A stretch of DNA of 63,580 nucleotides, filler included, from Choristocarpus tenellus KU-1152 (GCA_964200185.2; 7 parts of 7 records of this genome joined end to end with filler, not necessarily neighbours in it); one strand, 5' to 3'. Shown: positions 13,101 through 24,950, counted from the first letter of the whole stretch. Notes: a model not told the origin generated them from the sequence alone. Translations and numbers: made by a program.

Positions 13101-16100
13101 CTGGTACGTACCCACATGGAGAGGAACGACAAGGTCATCATATTTGGTGATAATGTCTTCTCACTGAAGAAGGTGAGAGATGACCTTCAAGGATTGTGTG
13201 AACCAACCCATCGGCACTACCCTCCTGTTTTAACATGTTAACATGTTAGAAGTTCAATGCTGTTGCCATCATCTGCCTTTGCCGTGGTTTTTATGAATTG
13301 AAGTGAATTTTGTGTTGTATGTTCATTGTATATTGTCAGGAATATTGTCGTATGACTTTTATTCAATGGAACCATCATGACTACTCTTGATTATAGTATT
13401 GGCGCCCTGCACTGGTTGCTGTCATAGAAGGTCAACTTTGGGGGTAAGGTCTGATTTTTTCTTGACACAAACCTCCGTACAGATAGGTTGTATCAAGTCT
13501 GGCATTCTTAACTATCAGTACAATCCATCCAACCTTAGTGATACAACCTCGATGTGTCACTGTCACTCACTGTGACGACATTCTGTGCGTATTCAACATC
13601 TAAGCATATAGTTGCAGTCTTTCAATATTTCATGCACATTCTCACAACCAACCCGTATCTCATGCTTGGTCTCTCTTGAGATTTACTCCATGGTCTCAAT
13701 AAGCACCCCCATCTCTTCTAAGCCCCTTTGTTCCCATACCTTCATGCTTTCCATCTTTGTGCAACCCTCCACTCCCTCCCTGCCCTTGTCACCCAGTATG
13801 CAACCATGCTTGGCATCCCCTTCATCTATGGCGCTACCCCAGAGAGCGAAAGGCAGAGAATTCTGGGAACTTTCCGTGTGAACCCCCTGGTAAACTGCAT
13901 TGGCCTGTCCAAGGTTGGTGACACGTCCATTGATATCCCAGAGGCAAACGTTATCATTCAGGCAAGATTGGAAAGGATCACCAATTGATCAATGGCGACA
14001 TGGTAGGCGGGTGATGGGTTGAGTGTAAGAAGTGCATGTCCTGAATACTAGTTCTAAACTTTCGTTAATTGCCACAGTTGCAATTATGTAGAATATCTGA
14101 GTAAATTGAACCAAGAAAGTTCGGTTATTTGAGTGTTTAAAGAATATCACAATGCAAGCAGAAGTATGGGTACTGAACATCACTGAACATGTCAGAGGTA
14201 ACAGAACTGCATACTTGTTGCAAGGTGTCATGGAACTACGCATTTCACTGTTATTTCTTTGGATCTACCTGTTAAGACCTGTCGAGGCTTTGAAGCCTTT
14301 TGCCTCTCAGCACCAGGTATCACCCGTCTATCTGCGTGCATTTTGTGCATATTGCTTTGTGTGCCGACAATTGAATCCAATTTGTTGAACTTTTTTCTTG
14401 GTAGTTTTTATCGTGGTTGCAAATGTGTTCAGTTTACAACACTAGTAACGGAGTAATGACTAGTGTAATACTCTCGAGGGGGAATTGAAACATTGAAATC
14501 TCCTCCTTGCTGCTTGTACAGATATCGAGTCACTTTGGTAGTCGGAGACAAGAAGCGCAACGTCTAGGAAGAATCCTGCGGCCAAAGGTGAGACAAGTCA
14601 AGAAGGCTTTAGGAAGAGTCTCTGCTCTGGATCGCCCCACAAAACACCAATGTATCATCCTACCCCAGCACGCACACACACACACACACATACACACACA
14701 AATACAGGTACAGGCACACTCACCAATGTGATTCAGAGGTGTAATGGTGTTTGTAATTTGAAGATCAAACCTTTTCTCGTTTTTGGTTCATTTGTTTACT
14801 TTCCACTGCTATACTTTGCTTGATAAACAGGGCTCTAGTTATGAGTAGAGTATTATATTGAAGAAATGTGCCTGTTTGCTCATCCACCATACCTATGGAT
14901 CTAGTCAGTGCATGCTTCAAAGTGTATGCCATATGCCAGGTGTGCGATGTTTTTCTATGTGCTTTTCAGTGTACTGGCATCAGCTGGCGGACTTTGTGGT
15001 GACATGGGTGGGGGGATGTGTCTGTCATAATTTATGCTTGAATGGTTTGTGTGATACAACGATGGATATTACGGAATTGTATTGAGGCTGTTACACTAGG
15101 TCTATAAATACAGTTTGCTACAACTATAGGGGAAGCATTAAAATTCCGTAACCTGTACATATGCTCCTTTCATCGTACTATCAATGACTGAGAGGTGGGT
15201 GGTCTCACCAGGTCCATTACATCTAAACAAGCCCAGTGCCCGGCCTGAGGTCTTCTCTGGTGACAGTCTTTGACGGCCAGTCATGTTGAACATGTTGCAC
15301 TGGGGTCAGTCAGCTCGTGGTCCATTCCCGTCACATTTACCTTACCCAGTGAAACATCCTGCAGTATTGTAGTATTGCTATATTGTGTGTTGAATGAATA
15401 GGGGGGGGCAACAACGAGAACAATGGTGTCAAGTGAGTGACACCAAAAGGTGATGAAATGGGGAGGGAAAAAAAATGAGCAGATGGACCTTGGTTGGGAA
15501 ACAGGAGAAGATTTGTAACTGCTCTTATAGATTCTCCTATTTAAGGGAGAGCATGTAGGGTTTTTTCCTCTTAGTAGGGACGGAGGTGCTGGCACGTGCA
15601 GGCACAGGAGGGTGAGAGTCTGCGCTTGTGATGAAGGAGCACCTCCTACTTGGAGACAATGACTTCGATTATCTCTGGCACAAGAGACAACTCATTAAAA
15701 AACTAAAATGTCAATGCCTATCATCACTTTGTACAATAATCAGAGGGGAGGTGAAGTGACTGTGCTCCTAACCTGGACATCCTCTTGATCATTGAATCGA
15801 ATTAAGTAAGCTTAGGGCATGTGCTTCAGCAACCAGTGGAATAGGTAGTACTTTATCATACTGGAGTAGGAGCTGTGCCATAAGCATAGTAGTGGTGTAA
15901 TATACTTTATATTTTATTCTGGGGTACACTAGGGTGTGTGCATGTAATGATAACAGCCTCAATAACTGTCGTTAGGCACAGAGGCATGTCTTATAGTGGG
16001 TTTAGCATCAAATTGGCTCACTTGCCCTTTTGGGTCTAACTCACCAACAAAGGAAGATTCGTGATGGGGAGGGACACAATCTACGAGACAGTGTAGGGCC

Positions 16101-17838
16101 TCAAGTTTTAAGGGAGGTCATGATGGACCTTTACTTCAACTCTTGAGGCAAATGTTGGTTTGAGCATGAGTCAAGATGAAGAGGAGGGTGGTCAAGGGTG
16201 ATGCAGGGGTATCAGAGGAATTATTTTGGGATGAAATGGAGATATTGGAAGAAGATGGGGATGAACTGTGGAATATTTAAACAAACATTTGTTGGGGCTT
16301 GATTGGGCTTACAACCTATCTAAACCATTTGAACAGCAGGGAGTGTCTGAAAGTTAAGGATACTTTCCCAGTTGGATACAAACATACTGGGGCCATTTGC
16401 CAGGGAGGACAAAATATGGTCTGATGTTGTCATTAGTGGTCCACAAGAGCAGTGAAACAGAAGATTGAGGATGAGTTAGGTTGAGGCTGGCCGGGAGATA
16501 TTCTTGTATTGTGTAAAAAACACCCCTCAGGAAGTGGAACATGTTACTGGACTCTTTGACCCTTTGCTGTACCTGGGACTGGAACAATGCAAGGCAGAGC
16601 AGTGAATCTTCTGGTTGATTTTGATGATACGGTCATTGCTACGAATGAGTCAAATTTTGCAAATGATGTGGTGGAATGTTCAATGAAGAAGTTTCCACTT
16701 GAGTATGTTGGGGGGGTGGTATTTTACATGGGATGTAGTAAGTGCTAGCCATGACACCATCATCAATATCAACCAATAGAATTAGTTCCAGTTCACCTTC
16801 TCCACCTTAAGTATCTTATCACATATCCTTCCTTTCTGCTGTTGTCATTTATCTTTTTAGACCACTTAATACTCTTTCGTTTACTTGTCCACTATTTAAA
16901 TCAAGCCCTTGTTTTGTTCTTGTGGCAGGGAGGGTGGTACTCCTTCTATTAGACTTCTGACAGACATATGTTGGTAAGTTAGAAAGGAGATTGTTGCATG
17001 CAAAGCCTGGTGCTTGTTTTCCCATTATTCTTACCTTGTCGAAGGACTGAGAGGGCACAGGGACACAGGTTTTGGGAGGGAGGGTATGAAGCATCTTTTG
17101 TAAGTAATTGTCTGTGTCAGAAGTCTTATAAAGCTGTGAGATTGATCTGACCCAATGGGCAGAATCAATGATCAGGACTTTCTCTCTTCTTTGCAAAGGT
17201 TATCAACATGATGGTTTGATTGACCTTGATCCAACAAAAACTTAGTGGAAAAGTGTTCTAGTTATCAACTCACAAATATGCTAGGTAGCCTATTCTGTTG
17301 AGACCTTGGTACCCCATATGAGGGGGGCTGGTGCTGAGTACACACCCTCTACCTATTCAACTACACTCACTCTGTAGCGACCCTAACCCTGAGCTGTTTT
17401 ACGAGTGAACGTATCTTAAAAGGTAGGATTTTTGCCCTGTTTATCTGTTTGAGGCTTGGCTTCACACGGTTTTATTATGACATTTTCCTATTCCAAAATG
17501 TTTCGAAGTGGGTAAAATGTATACATTGTGAAGAGGTTTGTCCGGAACAAGGATATTGACACTTCCTAACAAACATGATAGCCAAAATTACATCAAAATC
17601 GCAACATTGGATTTTGGCACCAAATGGGCACAGCTCTACCCTCTAAGATACTTTGACTTACCTTTCTTGCTATCTACTCCTAGCCCATGCAATGCTGACC
17701 CAACCCTGCTGACCTAACTCTATCCTACCGCCTGTCTGTTGCGTGTGGTTGACTCGTTCCTGTTGTCTTTTTTTTTTTTGGGGGGGGGGCACGGCAACGG
17801 CGATGGGGGGCTCAATGCTTTTTTCTCCCCCCTTGTAA
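1158..17838 (+). CDS. ERCC3: TFIIH/NER DNA helicase XPB (Ssl2/Rad25), partial multi-exon gene with 5' and 3' exons missing
   Basis: Phase-compatible exons: 1158-1301, 2282-2465, 3570-3602 (probable micro-exon), 4795-4882, 6025-6121, 7039-7123, 7442-7572, 8466-8537, 9482-9601, 10458-10625, 12254-12390, 13088-13172, 13797-13961, 14522-14587, and an error-laden exon at ~17793-17838 ([15 protein letters not shown], cf. NAFFYSLV). The spliced protein has XPB hallmarks: [51 protein letters not shown] (Walker A), LLDE|VH (DEVH), [11 protein letters not shown] (RED motif), [31 protein letters not shown]. Confidence 0.97.
11481..11748 (+). mobile_element. ~260-bp MITE, copy 1 (in XPB intron)
   Basis: Imperfect terminal inverted repeats GACTGAAAGTATCTTAGAGG ... 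CCCTCTAAGATAACTTGACTC. Non-coding. Clearly homologous to five other copies in the window. Internal duplication of GTGTGTCCGGGACAAG at ~11596-11640. Confidence 0.85.
16735..17190 (-). mobile_element. Decayed Ty1/Copia-like reverse transcriptase fragment (in XPB intron)
   Basis: Minus-strand translation gives these motifs in Copia RT order: IDSAHWV (cf. AKWV), [11 protein letters not shown] (cf. KARLVAKG), RVLSGLKR (cf. KALYGLKQ), [15 protein letters not shown] (cf. YVDD). Stops and deletions are present. Confidence 0.5.
17403..17659 (+). mobile_element. ~260-bp MITE, copy 2
   Basis: GAGTGAACGTATCTTAAAAGGTA ... TACCCTCTAAGATACTTTGACT. Shares the internal GGATATTGACACTTCCTAACAAACA...AAAATTACATCAAAATCGCAACA core with the other copies. 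Confidence 0.85.
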
Positions 17839-17938
17839 NNNNNNNNNNNNNNNNNNNNNNNNNNNNNNNNNNNNNNNNNNNNTTAATTAATTAANNNNNN
17901 NNNNNNNNNNNNNNNNNNNNNNNNNNNNNNNNNNNNNN
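17839..17938. other. Artificial contig linker
   Basis: N44-TTAATTAATTAA-N44, a spacer with stops in all six frames. Confidence 0.97.
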
Positions 17939-17975
17939 GGGGGGGGGGGGGGGGGGGGTGAACCCTCCAACTCAC

Positions 17976-19486
17976 CGCAATTGACAGTGCCGGTGCCCCC
18001 TTGCTTGTTCCCTTCACGTCTGCTACGAACACTGATGCTGCTGTCAGCAACACGTGAGCTGCCCCTGCAAACATCACTGCACCCCGTGCTGATGCCGCTG
18101 TCGCATCACTCAACACTCCCTGCGCTTGCCAGTCCCCTGAAAACCCCGCATCCACCAGGCACAGCAGGGAGAGTGCAAACGCCCCCTAAGAGAACATTCA
18201 AAAGTTGTCACAGCCGTAACGCATTTGTGTAGATGCACCACGCGCCACCCCACAGATAGAAGGGAGGAGGGATAGTTTATGAGAATAGGTGTGCAGCGCA
18301 AATTTGGAGCAAAGAAACAACGCTTACGCTATATACACGGGCGAATATTAAGAAGCAATCTCAGGATGTGTTTGCTAAGTATTGCTTTCGTGAGTGGATG
18401 TGTATGGTTCAAGAATGCATTCATATAATCTGTGCCTTGTGGGGATAAGCTACACATTATGTGCAAGTGCAATTGATATTTTGAGAAGTAGTTTACATTT
18501 GCCTGTGTCTAGGTGCGTGTGTGCTCTACTGTCAAACGATGCAGGAATTTGGAAGCCCTCTGCCAATAAAATGTGACTGGGTGGACTAGGTCCGTCATAA
18601 AGGGGCAAAAGATGGAGTCTACTGGGGGTCCTAGTGTCAATTTCACATTGATGATTAGTTCTTGCTATTTCCACCCTGTCACAAAATCCCTTCAACCCAA
18701 TGCTTGATCTATCCCAGTTAGGGGCACATGGCATACCTCACCTCTCTATCCATTCCCTCATTAAAGCTTGAGGTGTGGTACTGAGGAGTGAGGGGAGTAT
18801 ATTCCTTTTGGGGGGGAGGGAGCACCTACCTGCAGCACCAAGAACACAGGCCCTTCGGTCAAGGGCCGGATTGCACTTAAGGGATTGCCCTCACTGTCAT
18901 CGAAATCTGCCATTGCACTCATGCGAGGTACAGTCCCAGGTCGGCAGGTACTGCTGTAGAGAAGGTTGGACACGGCGCGTTTGTAACATCAACAAGTGGG
19001 AAGTATTACATGTAATCATGATGGAGAGAAGGATCATCCCTACCTTGTCCAACGTGCAGTGCATCCACAAGAGCTTGTGGATAAACGTATTGTACTTAAA
19101 CAGTGACAAATATAAGTAAATAGAGATCCAGACCTATGTATATGATCACAGTTGCTCGTGCCCATTGTCATCGACAATACCCTTCGCATAGGGATCTCCC
19201 GATGTTGCTGAACAAGAGCATATCGTTTCGAAGGATGCCCCCCCGGAGGTGAGGGGTGGAGTGGGATGGCCAATGGCTATCAAATCGATGCATCTCAACT
19301 TGCTTGTCTCGTGGATTTTCCTTGTGCTTACCATGTGCCAGAGACCCAAACTCTGTCCAAAGAGGACCTTCCACGTGTTCGTGACGACGGTACAAGTTGT
19401 CCGGTGAATGCCGCTGAAGGAGCAACCATTAATGCCACCATGACTGGTGTCCCGCAAAGTGACAAGACTCTCCCAAGTGGAGCCAT
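17976..19486 (-). CDS. Plastid-targeted uncharacterised membrane protein (DAGFSGDW motif), 3' end truncated by contig break
   Basis: Exons 19486-19332 (ATG; TG|gtaagc), 18953-18830 (CAG|gtaggt) and 18185-17976 (GCG|gtgagt) splice in phase. Product: MAPLGRVLSLCGTPVMVALMVAPSAA-FTGQLVPSSRTRGRSS...PVFLVLQGAFALSLLCLVDAGFSGDWQAQGVLS...AAHVLLTAASVFVA. The signal peptide ends at SAA|F and is followed by an S/R-rich transit peptide. The motif resembles the DAGYSGDW of small plant/algal chloroplast proteins. Confidence 0.8.
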
Positions 19487-20223
19487 GTTAGTGTCGCCAC
19501 TTTGGCACCGCTAAACAGGAACGGGTTCGGCGAGATAGAGGGATGGACAAGGTTGGAGCATATTCAGACAGAGGTACCAAGGAGAATGTTTGAGACTTTA
19601 GATCTAGCATAAGTGCGAGTTGGGAAAGAGACTCAAGTGCTATGCTGCCGTTGTTCCGGAAGCTCCGGGCGAGGCCTCGCAGGAGGTGATATAACAAGGT
19701 GTGCATGCAAGGGTCCTGGTTGAACCCCATCCGCTCCTCAGATAGCTGAGGTATTGGATTTGCCTTGGAGAAATTTTGTGGCGCACGAAAAGACTATTTG
19801 GAGGATGTACATGTAGAACATCATCTGCAGCAAGACCTCCCCACACACCGCCACACCCCATCTCCACTGCATTGGTCCTCCCCATCTTGCACACCAAACC
19901 CATACTAAAACATTCACAACGGAATTACCGACAATCTAAAGGCTTTCGAAGGAGAAACACTGTTCATCAGTTGTAGAGGACTCGATTATCAATACCCTCA
20001 CCTTAAACTAGCCCTGCTATTGAGGACTTCGGACCAGACTTCGTATCAGAGTTTGGGTGGGGAGAGAGAGACTGGGGTGGTAGATCGAAGTTTACAATGC
20101 CAAAAAAAAAAAAGATATTTGAAGCATCTCAAAAGTGAACTCTCGACTATACCAACTTAAATCGCTCAAGGAAAGAAGACCCGGGATTACGGCTTCACGT
20201 TGAGCCAAGTTACCACGCTTGGG

Positions 20224-23200
20224 ATGAGGCAACGCAGGGGGGTCACAGATGATCCGGACACATCTGGTGGTGCGGTTGTGGATGGATCTGCCCCTGCACT
20301 CCGTCGACCACGACATGGAGGGTGGAAAGGAACTGAACTAAGTAGGGCAGATAGCCTCCTACGAGGAGAGTCCGGATATCCGCTTGGTAAGCTGATAGGA
20401 GTTGGTTCCTGCATCCCGATTTATGCATAAGCCTGTGGTGGAGGGTTGAAAGTACCACGAGTGCGTAGGAAGAGCTTTTTGTCCTCAGACTGCACTGCTT
20501 GAATACTGATTGTTTCGGATTGCTTACACATCATGGACTGTCGGGAACTGCTGCTAGCATTATCCTCTTGCCACACGTGGGGAAATTCTTATATTACTGA
20601 CTGCATGAAGTGAAGTCACTAAAAGGATGCCAAGAAAGTGAAAAGATTGGATGTTCGAGGGCATTTTCGAACGGTTGTTTCAGTGGGACGTGTGAATAGG
20701 TTCTCGTATGTTCTTAGCTAGATTTCCGGACCGTTGCCAACACTGATCCCTTCCATCTCACCCATCTTATCTTGGGTGGATCTTCTTCACACACTCGGGC
20801 AAGGGCTATTTCGTATCATATATGGCGTACTCCTCGTTCAACGCACTCTGTCCCTGATGTCCAGTGGCGCAATTGATGCGTCCTTCCAGTCGGAAGGAGG
20901 AGGAAACACTTTAAACTTCCCTTACAGCCTTCTACGTGGTTTCGATTCCCCCGAGGCTGCAAGTGTACGCATGGCATGCTGGTGCATGTGCTTCGCTGGC
21001 GCGGCGTTGTCAGTGGGGTTTCGCTCAAACGGTATCGCAATGGCTTCCTTCCTGCTACAGGTGAGGGCTACGGACTTGGGTGATACTTTGTTCGGTCATT
21101 GTACATAGCACGTGCTAAGTATGGGTGAATATCTCTCTTTAGTATTTGTTATGCCTACCTTGTTCTACATCCACACCTCTGTACTAAGGGAATCTATACC
21201 TTCATAATTCACCTCAATAAGCGTTGCTGTTACGACGCTCCATTCATTTCCACAATTGACTAAAATACATTTTCCTTGCAACCTTCAGCCCCCTCCCCCC
21301 CCCCCAACTCCACCTACAATAGAACTTCTATCCTACCCCGCCACGCCACACCCCTCCTTTACAATCTTGCATTGCCCCTTGAACGGCAGTTTTACGTGCT
21401 ACTCCTGGACAAGGCTCTCTACACCGATGAGGCCTACCTCTTTGCTCTCACTGCCTTCCTACTTTCTCTCACCGACTGTGGTCTTGCTCTTGGACTGCAC
21501 TCTGAAAAAGGAGACATTCAAAGCTATGATGGGGGGCGACCAGTGTTTGAAGACAAAAGCAGAGTCCAGCCACCAGACACAATCCCTCACTGGCACATGG
21601 TTCTCCTAAGATTTCAGGTTTGTAGCCTGGGCAGAGTAGTAGCATATTGCAACGCATAGTATGACTACAGTGGACTGCATTGATGAGCTAGAGAGCAGAT
21701 GCTTGCATCAGGGGGATGTTGAGAGGTTGCGCTAAGGTGCTTCCAGGGAATACATTTTGACATAAAGTGCTCACTTCTTTTGGCTGTAGGTTGTAGTCCT
21801 TGGCTACTTCTAATAGTATGCATTGGAAAGGTGGGCTTGGATAGGCTCCACAGTTTACACATGGATGGTGGGCCACAAGGCACTCTAAAGTTATCCCACT
21901 TCTGTTTCTGATCTTGATTTTCACAGAGTGAACCTGTTTTTCTATTAGTCCTTCCTCTCCCACGCATCACACCCATGTAGGGTGGTCACCACTTACCCAT
22001 TTTCTCTGTATCTCCAATCATATTGATAGGTTGGCATTGTGCACATTCACCAAGGCCTGGCTAAGGCCTCCACGAAGGACTGGCTTCTTGGAGGGGAGCC
22101 TTTCCTGCACACACTAATGACCATGCCCTCAGACCATATGATCAGGAGGGGTGCAGTTTGGGCAGCAAATCACATTCCATGGCTTGGGGGAGGAGGACTG
22201 CAGGTCTAGTAGGGTGTGTTAATCAAGGGCAAGAGGAATAGGTGTTGAGAGAAAGGTGGGGGGGGATACTGGGGAGTTTGAGGAGTTTTGGGGACCCTCC
22301 ACGGTGAGGTTGTAGGTCAATATGTATATGCAAAGTTTGGGCTTTCACCGTGCTAAAATTTTGGCGATGAAGCATTTAGTGCACATCAAGGCCATTCCAC
22401 TCGCATGCATCCCCTCACATGACTAAATATTTAACCATTGAGATGTCAGCAATCCAAAACTCCTTCTCATTCTTTGTTACTATTTTGTCTACCTGCCTGT
22501 GCAAAGCTGAAGAAACGCCCAGCTGCGACCAAACATCCTTGGCAGCAGATTAAAAGTAGTGTGGAACAGGACAAGCATGTCTCTGCTTGCAGGAACGAGC
22601 ATATCCTGAAACCAAAACCACCCCCCTACAGTCTCCCTTAAACTCACTTACATCATGTCCACTAAATCATGCACTACATGCACACCCTCTACAAACCTTT
22701 GCCAAAATCTTTAGGCTCTGGCTGTTCGATTGAATGTGTCCTCTGCGTTTCTGGACCTATTTGTTGGAGTATCGCTGCTGGCTGTTCCAGACTACAAGCC
22801 AATCGCAGTTGCCCTCCGAACAATCTACCACCTCGGCTCTGCCGTGATGCTTGGACATGCCACCCGTAACTGGCATCTGCTCATGTTATCCTTTGGGGTG
22901 CTGTCACTCAACCCAGGACACCTGGCCAAGTGGGTGCAACATATGGCATCTTGGCTGCAGCCTGGGGTTTCGCATGGTGGTGCAGGTGAGGCTGCTCGGC
23001 GGCAGGGGCGAAAATCCCGACTTCAGCAGCAGCAGCGGCAACTTCGAAAGCAACAACAGGACCAGCAAGAGGGGACAGGCGGGTGTGGGGGTGGTAACAG
23101 TACAGGGATCAATGCTACTGTAGGTGAGGGTGGTGGGAAGGGTGCCCAACAGAAGAGGCTGCCCCTACAGCAAAGGCCTTCCACTGTGATGGCTGTGCTT

Positions 23201-24950
23201 GTGATGATGTATGTGGCAGTCCAGGTACTTCTCCCCTTGAGGCACCTCTTGACAGCATTCCCAGTGGAGTGGGGTAGGGAGGGCCATGAGTTTTCCTGGA
23301 GGGGTGGACAAGGGGGTCTCTTGCGAGAGGAGGCACTATTAAGGGTTATGCATAGGCCGCGGGCAAGGACAGGAGAGATGAACAACATCCACCTCTACCA
23401 GGCACCATTCACAGCTCAGCAGGTAGTTCTGAGGTACATGTTGTCAGGGACTTCCTGCTGCCTTATTTTTGTTTTACAGGGTTGTGGGGCCAGTGGTAAG
23501 TAAGTAAGTGTATTGCACCTGTGTGGCATTTGATAATATATGTTGTCACTGTAGTTTCAGTTTAAGCCTCAGAATATGTGCTCGGTCCCTTGCGACATTG
23601 TACAGCAGGAGTGCTTCTTGTTCTAGTTGAGGGGGGGAGGGGACCGAGGGACTCTCAAATGGTACTGCTATAGACAAGGGTTGGGGAAGCATTTGTCATG
23701 GTGTCATCTCTTGTCTGAGATTTTGAAAGGGTTCACAGCGGTTGGCAATAGTTTTTTTTCACCTCAGATTGCTTGAAGTATTCTCCTTGCTATTCTTGCT
23801 GCACTCCACAAAACCCTTCCTTCCCATCATTGATGAAACCCTCTCAAACCTCACCAAAGTGCCCTTGAATTCCCCCCAAATCCCACCCCGCAGGTGAACC
23901 GCATGGTCTTGGACCCTGAAATGATCCTTCAGCTTGTCAGGGTCAGTGCTCCATTGACTCCTCCTGGAAGTAGGACTCGACAGGATATATCAGAGTCACT
24001 TTCCCCACCCCAGTCGTATGTGGACGCATGGAAATCTGTAAATGGCCGACCCTTCATGCGGCTCAGTGATCCTACTGTAGACCTCTGGGGTGAGGATGGA
24101 CTTGGTTGGGGGGAGGGGAGGCAAATGCCGTTGCAAGGAGAGTGGCTCCAGACACCACTGAGAGACTGGGAGCTGGAGTCTTCATTGGCTGCCATAGAGG
24201 TATGTGGAAGTGTGGTTGTGAAAGAAAAGACTACGTAAGTATTGGATTTTTGTGTCCTAGGTCTGAAGTGCTTGCATTGCTCCCTGCTGGAGTAGTGGAT
24301 GTTCCTAAGAGTCCCCAATTTCATCTGATGGCTAGCCAACAATAGATAAGCCCAGCGCACAGAGGGAATAGAGGGTTTTCCTCATCCTACCCGAATCTTT
24401 CCCACAGGTAGTACGATCTACCTGGTCATCCAGAGGGCAGCATGTCACTTTTTTTGCAGGTAGACCAGGGCAAGCCCTGTCCAATATTTTCCTCGGAGGC
24501 TATGACCCATCCAACCTCAACACCACAGAGCTGTGCTCAGTAGCCTCAGAATATCAGTTGTCGGGACCAATGGCACAAGGTGGGGGGGATGGAGAGAGTC
24601 CCAGTCTCAGCCCGGCAGGTATTTTGATGGGGGTGATAACAGGGCAGGTGGACATCTTGACAAGTGCTCCGAGTGGAGTTGAAGCATCCGCACCCAATGT
24701 GCGCAGGGTTGTTTCAGGGGACAGGCCACTACTTGCTCCTGTTAGTGAGGGGCATACTGTCCGGGTAATGGGGACAGACCCTGGGCAGGGCCTGGAGGAA
24801 GGAAGGTTGGCAGTGTGGTACTATGTTCACGCCTGCCCTGAGAGCATGTTTCATCTGTGCATTGGGTTCCTGAGTACTGGTGGGTGGGGTGCACTGTACC
24901 CACCTCTCCCTGGGCTGCGAAAAGGGTGGTTTCTGCCTCAGACAATGTGA
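20224..24950 (+). CDS. GGCX: Vitamin K-dependent gamma-glutamyl carboxylase-like protein (HTTM domain plus luminal/C-terminal domains), complete, 792 aa
   Basis: Seven GT-AG exons in phase: 20224-20386, 20804-21060, 21390-21617, 22030-22203, 22715-23422, 23894-24199, 24408-24950 (2379 nt). Collinear GGCX/HTTM motifs: PLGLFRIIYG, FYVLLLDKALY..EAYLF, IPHWHMVLLRFQ, GLAKASTKDW, QVLLPLRHLL..WGREGHEFSWR, MVLDPEMILQL, YVDAWKSVNGRPFMRLSDPTVDL, VTFFAGRPG, HTVRV..WYYV. Confidence 0.9.

Noticed and set aside
17883-17894. Recurrent TTAATTAATTAA palindrome as a biological repeat or CRISPR-like unit
   Set aside because: It is always centred in identical N-runs and is an artificial all-frame stop linker.
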